Positions 45,927 through 55,864 of a DNA stretch of 64,000 nt are shown in pieces. The notes beneath the pieces were generated by a model, which saw nothing but the letters and a program-made list of their open reading frames with translations, did no database searches and was not told the origin of the DNA. How positions within the stretch are numbered: the first letter of the stretch is position 1; each line of letters begins with the position of its first letter. The position numbers and the translations under genes are program-made. This DNA is from a virus: positions 64,001-128,000 of the IMG/VR virus record IMGVR_UViG_3300023202_000068; one strand, 5' to 3'.

Positions 45927-46352
45927 ATGGCTAAATCAATTATGTTAACAGGCGCTCAGGTCAAGCTGTACATCGCCGGTAAGCTTTACCCAGAAGTTCA
46001 AAACTTGAGCTATACGATTGATTATGGTGAGCAGGAGATTTACGGTATTGACTCTATATTCCCTCAAGAGGTGCGTACTACGCGCATGTCCGTACAGGGA
46101 GCTGTATCAGGGGTTCGAGTGAAGTTCAGCGGTGGAACCCAAGGAGCCAACGCTAGACCTCGTATAAATGAGATCTTTAATTCTCCATACGTGGCTATCA
46201 GAGTTCAAGATAGATTTACACAACAAGATATAGTTTTTATACCACAGGCAAAAATTACAAGTGAGCAGGTGACTGTTCCGGCAAAAGGTGTTGTGAAATT
46301 GAATTTTAGTTTTAAAGGAATCATCCCATATCAAGAAATTGATATTAGCTAG
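45927..46352 (+). CDS. tail tube-like protein
   Basis: 141-aa beta-rich protein: LTGAQVKLYI, YGIDS..PQE, NFSFKG. Confidence 0.6.
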   Translation: MAKSIMLTGAQVKLYIAGKLYPEVQNLSYTIDYGEQEIYGIDSIFPQEVRTTRMSVQGAVSGVRVKFSGGTQGANARPRINEIFNSPYVAIRVQDRFTQQDIVFIPQAKITSEQVTVPAKGVVKLNFSFKGIIPYQEIDIS

Positions 46353-46383
46353 TAATAACAAGGAGTTGTGTAGAAGTTGGGGT

Positions 46384-46404
46384 AAATTATAATCTTTAAA
46401 GTAT
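46384..46404 (+). promoter_or_regulatory. late promoter, 21-nt copy 1 (AAATTATAATCTTTAAAGTAT)
   Basis: identical 21-mer at 49880-49900. Confidence 0.65.
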
Positions 46405-46445
46405 CCCCCTTTCACAATTCCACTATATAATATGAAGGTAAACAA

Positions 46446-49214
46446 ATGGCTGTAAGACGCTCGCAAAATTGGCTGAATCAACAGAGGGTGGACGTACCAA
46501 ACCTACGCTCCATTGAGTCTGCTGTTCGCACCGACTTCGACGAGATGATTGGTGCCTTTGCCATAGGTGAAGGTAAATCCTACATAATTCGTGGTTTCGA
46601 CATTAACATGGTAGGGGCTGTAGGCTCATCTGCCAACAGTCTACAGATGATCGTAGACGGTGCATCTTTATTTCACGGTGCATCAGACCTTGCAGGTACT
46701 TTTTTTCAGGTACCTGAAGGTACGGTAAACGAGGTTTTAAGCTCTACAACCAACACTAGAGTTGAAGGTGCTTTTACTCCAAATGCCTTAAACTACGTAG
46801 GAATTGAGTTTACCAGAGAAGTTGACAACAACACTTCTTCTCAGATTTTTCTTTGGAACCCGACTAATAGAACGGAAATCTCAAAGACTGCCCCACTAGC
46901 TCAAACATTTGACTATAAAATTGTAATTAGTTCATCTGTGTGGGACTCAAACGTCCTACCTATTTCAATCGTAAATACAGATGTATCTAACAACGTATCG
47001 ACAGTTCAAGACAGCAGACCTATGCTCTTCAGACTTGGAACTGGCGGAGTAAACACTCCAAACCCATTTAACAGATATCCTTGGACAAACCACGCTGAAG
47101 GAAGAGAGGAAAACCCATTTGTAAGTGGATCTTCCACTTCACCTTTTAGAGGTGGAGATAAGCAGCTTCTACACTTTAAAGAGTGGGCTGATGCTGTAAT
47201 GTCTAGTCTACTTGAGGTTAAGGGTACTACATACTGGTATTCTGAAAACAAAGGTGGCTCCATTGTAAAACTTCGTGGTGATATTTCATTACTACAACTT
47301 ACAGGCTCTGGAAAGTTTTCACACAGTGCAAGTGTCCCTGGACAGATGAACTGGGATAACGACATATTCCTTAACTACATTGGCTCTAGGCTTAAGTATA
47401 AGATAAACGCTAATGAATTATCTACAGACGTAACACTTGCAGACAATGCCGTAGCCTACATCAACTTAGTTCGTGGTATTCAAATTACCCCTTCACTAGT
47501 TTTCACTAATGGTTCTCCGATAATCACATCGGTTGGAGCAGTTTCGTGGACTGGAGATGTTCAAGCTGGTGATTATATTAAAGTTGCTGCTGAAGATGAC
47601 ACAGAATACTTTGAAATTTTATCAGTAGATTCTGCATCACAAATTACTCTTGTTGAAAACTTTGACGGTGACTCAACAGGTTCTGCAGGAACCCTAGCTA
47701 CCTATGCTTTTGGTACCTACGAGGCAAATGCCGCACCTAGTACAGACAGACATATTAGAATTGTAGATAGGAAAGACGTACCTTTCGAAGAAGATGTTTA
47801 CTGGTTATTCTACAGAGATGACAACGGTGGTTCTGCAGCTAAGATCTACCTTCGTGGTTCAAACGGTGGTGAGTTAGAGCAGGGTGAGGACAGAGAGATA
47901 TCTGACAACACTACCCTTGACGTTCTAGACTACATGGGATCACAGTCAGAGACCGATACAACTCCAGACTACACAAACGCAATTGTCGTAGGTGTTGCTG
48001 AAGAAACTACAATCACAATGCCTGGAATTGGAGCTACATCTTCTGGTGATAGATTCCACTTGAACTCTGCAAACGACTTAAATCAGTTCTACGTATACGC
48101 AACTGTTGACGCAGCTCCTGCAGACCCTGCACCTGCTGACCTAACACCTATTGAAGTAGAAATACTAAGTACAGATACTAACTTACAACAGGCTGCTAAG
48201 TATGCAGCGGCTATTGACGCCATCGGGTTCTTTAACGCAGTAGATAATCTTGACGGTACAGTAACGATCACCAACTCACAGGTTGGAGACACTTCTGATG
48301 CTACAGACATCGATATGCCTGCAGGTTTCAGTATTAACATTGACACTCAAGGTATTGGGGCTTTTAACCAAGTACTAATCGATGATGAAAACCTTACACA
48401 AGGTTTGAAGAGAGTCGATGAAGCTATTAAGATATTAAACGCTTCAAACGATGTAGAGCCATACGAAGAGAGAATTGACTTAATTGCAGGTGCTCCTGCA
48501 AACGATAGAGAGTTGACAGCTCCTGTTGCAGCTACTACGCCGATTAAGATCCCTAGAAACACAAGAAACGGAGACATCCAAGAAAGCTACGTTATTAACG
48601 GTGCTGACCTGGTTCTGTTCCTAAATGGTCAAAGACTAGAGCTTGGTAAGGACTACGTTGAAGATACAGCGACTACTTTTAGTCTAACATTTGACCTTAT
48701 AGAGCTAGATACTTTAACCGTAACTAAAGCTGAAACTATCGGCGGTGGTTTAGGAAGTGGTGGTTCTTCAACTGGAGTTAATCTAGGTGCAGCCCAGTCT
48801 GCAGACGTTTTCAAGCAAACTGTTGGAAGTCAACTTCAGTTTAGAAGGCTGGCTGCTGGTTCTGGTATTACCATTACAGAGAACGCTGACAACATTACAC
48901 TAGCTTCAACTCCTGCGGTAGCCAATAGCACTATTAGAACTGTAACGGTCAATGATAGTGTTACAACTGCTGACGATGTTGTACTAGTTGCAAACTCAGG
49001 TTCTGACATAACACTCACCCTACCAGACGCAACAACTGCTCAGGGTAAGAAATTTGATATTAAGAAAATTGACGCTGGAAACACACTATTTATCAAGTCA
49101 GTCTCAGGACAGACTTTAGACGGTGTTAACATTGACGCGGCACCACAAGCGGTAACAGTTCAGTATGAAAATACAACTATTATCAGTAACGGTGCTAACT
49201 GGTTCGTATTGTAA
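46446..49214 (+). CDS. baseplate/tail fibre attachment structural protein
   Basis: 922 aa, acidic and beta-rich, within the tail operon. Confidence 0.7.
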   Translation: MAVRRSQNWLNQQRVDVPNLRSIESAVRTDFDEMIGAFAIGEGKSYIIRGFDINMVGAVGSSANSLQMIVDGASLFHGASDLAGTFFQVPEGTVNEVLSSTTNTRVEGAFTPNALNYVGIEFTREVDNNTSSQIFLWNPTNRTEISKTAPLAQTFDYKIVISSSVWDSNVLPISIVNTDVSNNVSTVQDSRPMLFRLGTGGVNTPNPFNRYPWTNHAEGREENPFVSGSSTSPFRGGDKQLLHFKEWADAVMSSLLEVKGTTYWYSENKGGSIVKLRGDISLLQLTGSGKFSHSASVPGQMNWDNDIFLNYIGSRLKYKINANELSTDVTLADNAVAYINLVRGIQITPSLVFTNGSPIITSVGAVSWTGDVQAGDYIKVAAEDDTEYFEILSVDSASQITLVENFDGDSTGSAGTLATYAFGTYEANAAPSTDRHIRIVDRKDVPFEEDVYWLFYRDDNGGSAAKIYLRGSNGGELEQGEDREISDNTTLDVLDYMGSQSETDTTPDYTNAIVVGVAEETTITMPGIGATSSGDRFHLNSANDLNQFYVYATVDAAPADPAPADLTPIEVEILSTDTNLQQAAKYAAAIDAIGFFNAVDNLDGTVTITNSQVGDTSDATDIDMPAGFSINIDTQGIGAFNQVLIDDENLTQGLKRVDEAIKILNASNDVEPYEERIDLIAGAPANDRELTAPVAATTPIKIPRNTRNGDIQESYVINGADLVLFLNGQRLELGKDYVEDTATTFSLTFDLIELDTLTVTKAETIGGGLGSGGSSTGVNLGAAQSADVFKQTVGSQLQFRRLAAGSGITITENADNITLASTPAVANSTIRTVTVNDSVTTADDVVLVANSGSDITLTLPDATTAQGKKFDIKKIDAGNTLFIKSVSGQTLDGVNIDAAPQAVTVQYENTTIISNGANWFVL

Positions 49215-49223
49215 GGGGTTACA

Positions 49224-49655
49224 GTGACTTTTAGACCATACAATCAACTTACAGCATCAGGTGTAACAGACACTAGACCTAACAACACTGGAGTTACCAT
49301 ACCAAAGGCAACGCCAGTTAGGATGAACTCTAGCGGTGAACTTGATTTTGTAAACGTATCTGTCGAGTCTGAGGTTTTTGGAATCTCTGGAGTAACTAAC
49401 TCTGATATAGCCAACGGTAGCTCTGGAAACTTAAACAGTGCAGGTAAGGTTAGTAACATAACAACTTCCGGTGCTTTTGGAGATCTTCTCTATATATCTA
49501 AGTCTGGAGGGTTGACAGAAGTGAAGCCAAGCATAGGTGTTGCTGGCTTTGTGGCTGGAGACTTCGTAGTTTCAATAGGAGTTATAGGTAAGAATGAGAG
49601 TGACCCATTGTTAAAAGATTTAATTGTTAACGTAGACATCAAAGGACAACTGTAG
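49224..49655 (+). CDS. virion structural protein (DUF2190/cement-like fold)
   Basis: NNTGVTIPKATPV...GDLLYISKSGGLT..P pattern. Confidence 0.55.
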   Translation: MTFRPYNQLTASGVTDTRPNNTGVTIPKATPVRMNSSGELDFVNVSVESEVFGISGVTNSDIANGSSGNLNSAGKVSNITTSGAFGDLLYISKSGGLTEVKPSIGVAGFVAGDFVVSIGVIGKNESDPLLKDLIVNVDIKGQL

Positions 49656-49888
49656 TGGCTGGTCGGCATAAAAGAAGAAAAAGAAGCGTTGATATAGAGT
49701 CTATGACTACAGATCAGCTCAAAAGGCTGGAAGAAGACATGGGTAAACAACTGGCTAAGATATTTGACAATGCTAATGTTGAGGCAAATAAGTTACTAAA
49801 TGTATATGGTCTTGAGACCAAAATTGCCTATGAAATTAGTAAGAAAAGTGAAAAAAGTACAAAAAACAAAGAAGTTAGAAAATTATAA
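49655..49888 (+). CDS. small hypothetical protein
   Basis: TAGTG coupling. Confidence 0.55.
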   Translation: MAGRHKRRKRSVDIESMTTDQLKRLEEDMGKQLAKIFDNANVEANKLLNVYGLETKIAYEISKKSEKSTKNKEVRKL

Positions 49889-49900
49889 TCTTTAAAGTAT
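49880..49900 (+). promoter_or_regulatory. late promoter, 21-nt copy 2
   Basis: identical to 46384-46404. Confidence 0.65.
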
Positions 49901-49924
49901 AAGTTATCGTAGGGAGATTTTAAA

Positions 49925-51706
49925 TTGGCAGACATATCGATTTTAAGTAGGTTAATCAACGGGATACAAAGAAACGTAGATTTATCTGCAAACACTTTAG
50001 TAGTCCAGTCACTAAAACTAGGTACTTCAGAGCTTACAAAGACCCAATTGGATCTTTTGGTCCTGACCACTGACTCAGCCACGGCTGTTGACGCTAGTGC
50101 TCAACACAATCATGACGGTAGATATAGGACTCAATCAGAACTTAGTGCTACTGGTGGAGCGGCATTAATTGGCGCTGACGATACCGGATACACCAATGTT
50201 TCAGGCGCTACTATTCAGGCAATACTAGACTCAGTAGACTCAGCACTATCAACTGCTGGTGGAAACACTTTTACTGACGATGTATTTCGTATTCAAGACG
50301 ACGGCGACAATACAAAAGAAATTGCATTTCAAGCATCTGCAATAACGACTGCTACTACTAGAACTGTTACAATGCCTGACGCCGATGTTGACCTCGGTCA
50401 AATATCTACAAACGCTACAGATATTGGTAACTTAGAGTCTGCACTGGGGAATTCAAACCCTGCAAACATGGGCACTTACACCGGATCTGTTTTAAGTGAC
50501 GATCAAACGGCTAAGCAAAATTTACAAGAATTAGAAACATACGCAGAAAATACAAGATCTTTAATCAACAACTTTGAGTGGCAAGCATCTGCAGCAGACT
50601 ATATTGTCGATAACACCGTTGCACCTCCTACAGAAGTGTCTGGTGACAGGTATGTTTTATCTCATGACGGTGGAGCACCTAACGCAGATTGGGACGGAGC
50701 TTCCGCTGGTGATATTGTTGAGTTTGACGGCACTAGCTGGGTAGCTACTACACCTACCCTTGGTATGTTCATCTCTGTTGACGACGATCAATCTATCGTT
50801 TATCAGTGGGGTGGGACTTCTTGGGCTGACAAGGCTTTCGAGGCTACTACGGCTTCTACAGGTCTTACAAAATCTGGCTTTGACATTCAACTAGCAGATG
50901 CATCTGCAGCAAATGGTATTGCAGTTTCAAGTGGTGCGATTAGTGTTTCACTAGCTGCAGACCCAGGATTAGAGTTTTCTTCTGGAAGTTTACAAGTTCT
51001 TGTAGACCCTGCAGGTGCTCTTGAAAAAGTTGCAGCAGGATTAGACGTTGCAGACTTAGGAATTGATACGGCGAGATTAGCGGCTACTGCGGTAACTGCT
51101 GCCAAGTTAGGTTCTGATGTAGCTGGTGATGGCTTGCAAGGTGGAAACGGTTCTGCAATTGCAGTTGATGCTTCAGAAATTGCAGGTGATGGCCTAGAAG
51201 ACGATGGTTCTGAAAACTTAAGAATCGCTACTAGTGCTTACGACGGTGAAACCATTACTGGTGGAGGCGGATCTGCTGCGGCTGTACAACACGCTCCTGC
51301 AGTACAAGGTGTAGAAGTTGCAGGTGAGGCAATGGGTACAGGACTTATCGCTGTTAGATATGGAAATAGTACACTAGATACCCCTGAAACTGCAGGTAGA
51401 GTTTACTTGGCAGACCCAACAGAGTTGACGCTAGTTAAAGCTGGTGGAAACCAAGATGCATTTCACGCAATTGGGTTGGCTATCGCAGCTTCAGAAACTG
51501 CCGGTACAGACATTAATGTTGTTAAACATGGAATTATTACAGCTACAGCTCACGGCTTAGCAATTGGTCAACCTTGTTTTCTAGACGATGATGGTGCGGT
51601 TACTTCAACACCACCAAGTGCTAGCGGTGAAGCATCTGTAAAATTAGGTATACCTAGAGATGCAAATACGATTGATGTTAACATTCAAATCATGGGTGTC
51701 AACTAA
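49925..51706 (+). CDS. fibre/decoration protein (DUF2793-like middle, cement-like C-terminus)
   Basis: GDRY...GDIVEFDGTSW..TP; Gly/Ala/Asp repeats; TTG start after GGGAG. Confidence 0.65.
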   Translation: MADISILSRLINGIQRNVDLSANTLVVQSLKLGTSELTKTQLDLLVLTTDSATAVDASAQHNHDGRYRTQSELSATGGAALIGADDTGYTNVSGATIQAILDSVDSALSTAGGNTFTDDVFRIQDDGDNTKEIAFQASAITTATTRTVTMPDADVDLGQISTNATDIGNLESALGNSNPANMGTYTGSVLSDDQTAKQNLQELETYAENTRSLINNFEWQASAADYIVDNTVAPPTEVSGDRYVLSHDGGAPNADWDGASAGDIVEFDGTSWVATTPTLGMFISVDDDQSIVYQWGGTSWADKAFEATTASTGLTKSGFDIQLADASAANGIAVSSGAISVSLAADPGLEFSSGSLQVLVDPAGALEKVAAGLDVADLGIDTARLAATAVTAAKLGSDVAGDGLQGGNGSAIAVDASEIAGDGLEDDGSENLRIATSAYDGETITGGGGSAAAVQHAPAVQGVEVAGEAMGTGLIAVRYGNSTLDTPETAGRVYLADPTELTLVKAGGNQDAFHAIGLAIAASETAGTDINVVKHGIITATAHGLAIGQPCFLDDDGAVTSTPPSASGEASVKLGIPRDANTIDVNIQIMGVN

Positions 51707-51736
51707 TTTGTGGTATATGGGAAGTATGGAGAATAA

Positions 51737-52054
51737 ATGGCAAAACTAGAATTAATTGGAGGCATACCCAGGATGAGACCAGAGTCTGCCAATCCAGCCA
51801 TTTATGATGAAACCCTAGAGATTGTGGGTAGCGGCGCAGGTGCAGGTCAGTTGAACGGACCTATCAGCGCAGGAACTCCAATTACACTACCATCTTCTAA
51901 GACTTACACAGGTGACGAGCTTGAGGTATACTTGGAAAGCGATAGATTAATACCAATTTTTGATTATTCATATAGTTCAGCCACACAGATCGCCTTTACG
52001 TTTGAGATAAAGGTTGGAGACGTGATTAGGTTGAGAATAGATAGAGGCGCATAA
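51737..52054 (+). CDS. small tail structural protein
   Basis: ELEVYL...DY...TQIAFTF domain shared with 46446. Confidence 0.6.
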   Translation: MAKLELIGGIPRMRPESANPAIYDETLEIVGSGAGAGQLNGPISAGTPITLPSSKTYTGDELEVYLESDRLIPIFDYSYSSATQIAFTFEIKVGDVIRLRIDRGA

Positions 52055-52056
52055 AC

Positions 52057-54069
52057 ATGGCTAGAACGATTACTGATTCAAGACAGATAGCTTTAAGAAG
52101 GTTCTTAGAGCAGCTTGGAAATCGCACACACCACGACGGCACTACAGATGCCAAACCTGCTGGTGTATCTGAGTTAGACAATCTATTAGACTCTATTGAC
52201 TTAGAGTTAACACCTCCACTAAAGCTTGACGCTTCAAACCCAGCAAATCTTACGATCAACGTAGGCGCTGCTATTGTAACTAACACAGAAACAAACAGAA
52301 ACAGAACAATCCCACACGTAGGAAGTTTACTTCCTAATGACTTTACATCGGGAACAGTTGTATTTCCATCCTCTAGTGGTGGAAATATTACCATTACACC
52401 TGGTAACGACTCTATATTAACAGTACCTAGTAATGAATATGTTAGTGTTTTACTTTATTTAGACCCAAATGGAGATCTAAATGTACTTGTAGGTGAGTCA
52501 AATGCTGTTGAGGCAGATGCAAGTGTACTTCCACCACCCACAAACACCCTTCCGATAGGGTACGTTACCCTTTTCAACAATGCCGGTACTATAGACAATG
52601 TTGAACAGACAAAGATATTCCAATTTGGAACTGGTGCTGGCGGCGGCGGTGGAGCTGGAGATTCTTTCAGCTTTGAAGATACGATAACAGATAGACTTTG
52701 TGATTCAATTTTTGAAGCAGCCACACCTTACATTGCTGAAAGAGAACAAGACGAGCTAATCGATGTTTCCAGTACAGGGGCATTTGATCTGGTGTCTAAC
52801 AGGTTTAAGTTAGAATCTATTGGAGAAACTCTAGTATCAGAGGCACTGTTGGATGATGATTTTTTAGCATCAGAACTTGCAATCGATAAAGCAGAAGTGT
52901 TGTTGAAGTTTGACAGTGAAGGACTTGATACGGCAGCAGTAGTTGAGCTGAGTCGTAACGGTGGTACTGAGTGGCAAGCTGTTACTATGGAAAGAATAGA
53001 TACCAGTAATGTATTTAGGGGGCTTTTAGAGTTTGAAGCTGAAGCTGCTAATCAGACAATAGTAGAATATGCCAGTTCAAACATTGATTCAACTGAAGTT
53101 TTAACAGATACACTAGAGCGCGTAGGTCAAATATTCACGTTAGCTAACACCACACAACTGAGAGATATAGAATTATACTTGGAAAAAACAGGTACACCAA
53201 TTGGTAACTACAGCGTAAGGGTTGTTAAGGATAATTCTGGAGACCCTAGTACAGACGCAAATGATCTTGTTTATGAAAGCGCACCACAAAATATAGAAGA
53301 CTTAACGGCAGGAAATAATACGATTAATGTAGGACTTGCATCGGTTTTACCAGCAGGTGACTATCACATTGTTATAGTTACAGATGCTACTTACAGACAG
53401 CTAAGTTACAACGCTGGTGTTGATGAGATTGCTGTGAGAACAGATGCTTCATCTCCTGGCATTACTGAAGCAAATACATATTCTGCATCTGCTTGGTCTG
53501 CCTTGACTGGAGAAGCTGTTCCTCATAAGATTGACGGCATTGAATTAGACTTAAGACTTAGGGTTACCAGTTCGGTTGTAGATGTTTTACTAGAGGGCTT
53601 TGGTGTCCTTTATGAACAAAATATAGGCAACTTAGCTACGGCATCTATAGTTGATGGTATTACAAAAGTAAGTTTTAAGGCAGTGGCTGACAATTCAAAT
53701 AGTTTTGCCCTACCATTTACTCCAAATCCAGATACATTAGTGGCTTATTTACTTGGGTCTGGAATGAGTTTTAGATATGGAGACTTTAGTGTTCAAGGCA
53801 ATACTGTAATTTTTGCACAAGACCAATTTAACAATGGTGGGTTAGAAAAGACTCAAACGGTTATATTCGATCAGCTTCGAGGCGGAGCTTTTGATAATAG
53901 TGATGTCAATAGATTATTAATTGCTGCCAACCACCTTGGTAATGAAGACGGTGGACCTAATGATTTAAGCGTTGCAGGTCGAGGATTGTTCCTTAGAAGC
54001 GCAGACGGAACCAAGTGGGAAGTGACGGTGTTAGACGATGGCAGTATTGAAACTGTGGAGGTAGTATAA
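52057..54069 (+). CDS. tail fibre/structural protein
   Basis: acidic beta-rich, poly-Gly hinge GTGAGGGGGAG. Confidence 0.65.
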   Translation: MARTITDSRQIALRRFLEQLGNRTHHDGTTDAKPAGVSELDNLLDSIDLELTPPLKLDASNPANLTINVGAAIVTNTETNRNRTIPHVGSLLPNDFTSGTVVFPSSSGGNITITPGNDSILTVPSNEYVSVLLYLDPNGDLNVLVGESNAVEADASVLPPPTNTLPIGYVTLFNNAGTIDNVEQTKIFQFGTGAGGGGGAGDSFSFEDTITDRLCDSIFEAATPYIAEREQDELIDVSSTGAFDLVSNRFKLESIGETLVSEALLDDDFLASELAIDKAEVLLKFDSEGLDTAAVVELSRNGGTEWQAVTMERIDTSNVFRGLLEFEAEAANQTIVEYASSNIDSTEVLTDTLERVGQIFTLANTTQLRDIELYLEKTGTPIGNYSVRVVKDNSGDPSTDANDLVYESAPQNIEDLTAGNNTINVGLASVLPAGDYHIVIVTDATYRQLSYNAGVDEIAVRTDASSPGITEANTYSASAWSALTGEAVPHKIDGIELDLRLRVTSSVVDVLLEGFGVLYEQNIGNLATASIVDGITKVSFKAVADNSNSFALPFTPNPDTLVAYLLGSGMSFRYGDFSVQGNTVIFAQDQFNNGGLEKTQTVIFDQLRGGAFDNSDVNRLLIAANHLGNEDGGPNDLSVAGRGLFLRSADGTKWEVTVLDDGSIETVEVV

Positions 54070-55082
54070 TGGCTATCTTAAGAGATGATAGAAAAAATTA
54101 CATTATCAATGGGGCATTTGATTTTTTTCAAAGAGCTGTTTCTAATTCTGGATCTGGATCTTTAGCGTCTAATTATGAAACATATGTAGGACCTGATAGG
54201 TTTTCAGTCGTCAGAATTGGCCTTGGTGCCGCAGGCGATGAATTTCAAAGATCAAGTGCAGTTCCAAATGATAATTTTAGATACAGCTTAAATGCTTCAA
54301 GGGGTGTGAGTTCAGCTTCAGACTCTCTTTACATTGCTCAAAAAATAGAATCCGACAACGCAAAAGAGTTAGCAGGAAAAACGTGTTCTGTCTCTTTTTG
54401 GTGTTATGCAGGTACGAACGTAGATCAAATGACACTTAGACTAGGCTATCCAGCGAATATAGATGATTATCCAGGTACAACTACATTTGCAACTGTAGAT
54501 TTAAGTTCTCAAATAGTGAATGATTCTTGGGTGCTATATAAAGCTGAAAACATCAGCGTGGATGTATTATCTAGCAGAGGTATACAGGTAAGAATCCAGT
54601 TTGAAAATACAACTGGAACTGGTGACATTGGTATGAATATCACTGGAGTAATACTAAATGAAGGAGATGTTTGTTCACCATTTAAAACGGCAGGTAAAAA
54701 CACAGCAGAGGAATTATCATTCTGTCAAAGATATTACGAAAAAAGTTATAATATCGGCGTTTCTGAAGGTGCCACAACATCTACACGAGGAGCTTTTGCA
54801 GGCTATAAAGCTGACCTAAATAATCCTGGTGCAACACGCTTTTACTTAAATATAGATTTTTTATCTAGAAAAAGAGCGACACCCACTGTTTCATTTTGGG
54901 GCCATAGAAGTACGTATGCGTCTAACACAATCAATAGATACAATGCTAATGAGAATATAAGTGTCAATACTTCTAACACACTTGTAGCTGAAATTGGTGT
55001 CAGGGGCTATTTAGACGCCAGCCCTACAAGCTTGCAAGATAGCGCTTACTTAACTCACTGGGCAGCGGACGCGGAGCTATAA
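54069..55082 (+). CDS. receptor-binding/tail fibre protein, paralog A
   Basis: NYIINGAFDFFQR...ELSFCQRYYEKS...DAEL. Confidence 0.75.
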   Translation: MAILRDDRKNYIINGAFDFFQRAVSNSGSGSLASNYETYVGPDRFSVVRIGLGAAGDEFQRSSAVPNDNFRYSLNASRGVSSASDSLYIAQKIESDNAKELAGKTCSVSFWCYAGTNVDQMTLRLGYPANIDDYPGTTTFATVDLSSQIVNDSWVLYKAENISVDVLSSRGIQVRIQFENTTGTGDIGMNITGVILNEGDVCSPFKTAGKNTAEELSFCQRYYEKSYNIGVSEGATTSTRGAFAGYKADLNNPGATRFYLNIDFLSRKRATPTVSFWGHRSTYASNTINRYNANENISVNTSNTLVAEIGVRGYLDASPTSLQDSAYLTHWAADAEL

Positions 55083-55864
55083 TGGGACAAAGATTTTTAG
55101 AAGACAAAATTACAGCATTATCTGAGAGTTCTGGAACTATAACTTTAGCTTCTGGGGCTAGACTTACAATTGGCGGTCAACAGTATGTTACTGCTGGAGC
55201 TTTGAATGTAGCTGCTGATTTAAGTAATGCCAATACTAGATATCAAATATATGCGGTTAGAAACGCAGGTGCCACAGAACTAGTAGTGAGTAGTAACGAG
55301 AATTCAGTTGGTCCTGCAGGACACAACGCCTGGAAATTAGTTGGTAGTTATTACTCTAACGGAGAATCAACTGTGGCTTTTGGTAGTTTTGTTAACATTG
55401 AAGGCTCTCCAACAACAAAAGGCGGTGTTGAATTTGAATTAGTACCCACTATTGGGACTCTTTCTTCCTCAGCAGTTATTGAGGCAGAATGGAGGCGTGA
55501 AGGGGATATATGTCAAATTATGATTAGTTTGGAAGATGCCTCTCCCACTGGAGCGTCTAATGGATCGGGAAATGTAACTTTTGAGGCACCATTTGATGCA
55601 GCCAGCATCTCTAGAAACACCTCTAATATTGGCCATGGTGTTATCACTTTTGATGATACTGCTTCAGCTAATGGGATGGCTTCTATGTTAGGGTCAAATG
55701 GGTTATGGGCAACATCTTGTTTTAAAGATAGTGGAAATGGAACTGCAGATTTTGTTGGAAATTTTAATAACAGTATTATTGATTTAACACAGTTAAATAG
55801 GTTGGGATATGAGTTGGAATATGCAGTAGATGGCTGGGACGCAACACCAATTAAGGACTTATAA
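55082..55864 (+). CDS. tail fibre protein
   Basis: WRREGD head-domain-like motif; in the tail operon. Confidence 0.65.
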   Translation: MGQRFLEDKITALSESSGTITLASGARLTIGGQQYVTAGALNVAADLSNANTRYQIYAVRNAGATELVVSSNENSVGPAGHNAWKLVGSYYSNGESTVAFGSFVNIEGSPTTKGGVEFELVPTIGTLSSSAVIEAEWRREGDICQIMISLEDASPTGASNGSGNVTFEAPFDAASISRNTSNIGHGVITFDDTASANGMASMLGSNGLWATSCFKDSGNGTADFVGNFNNSIIDLTQLNRLGYELEYAVDGWDATPIKDL

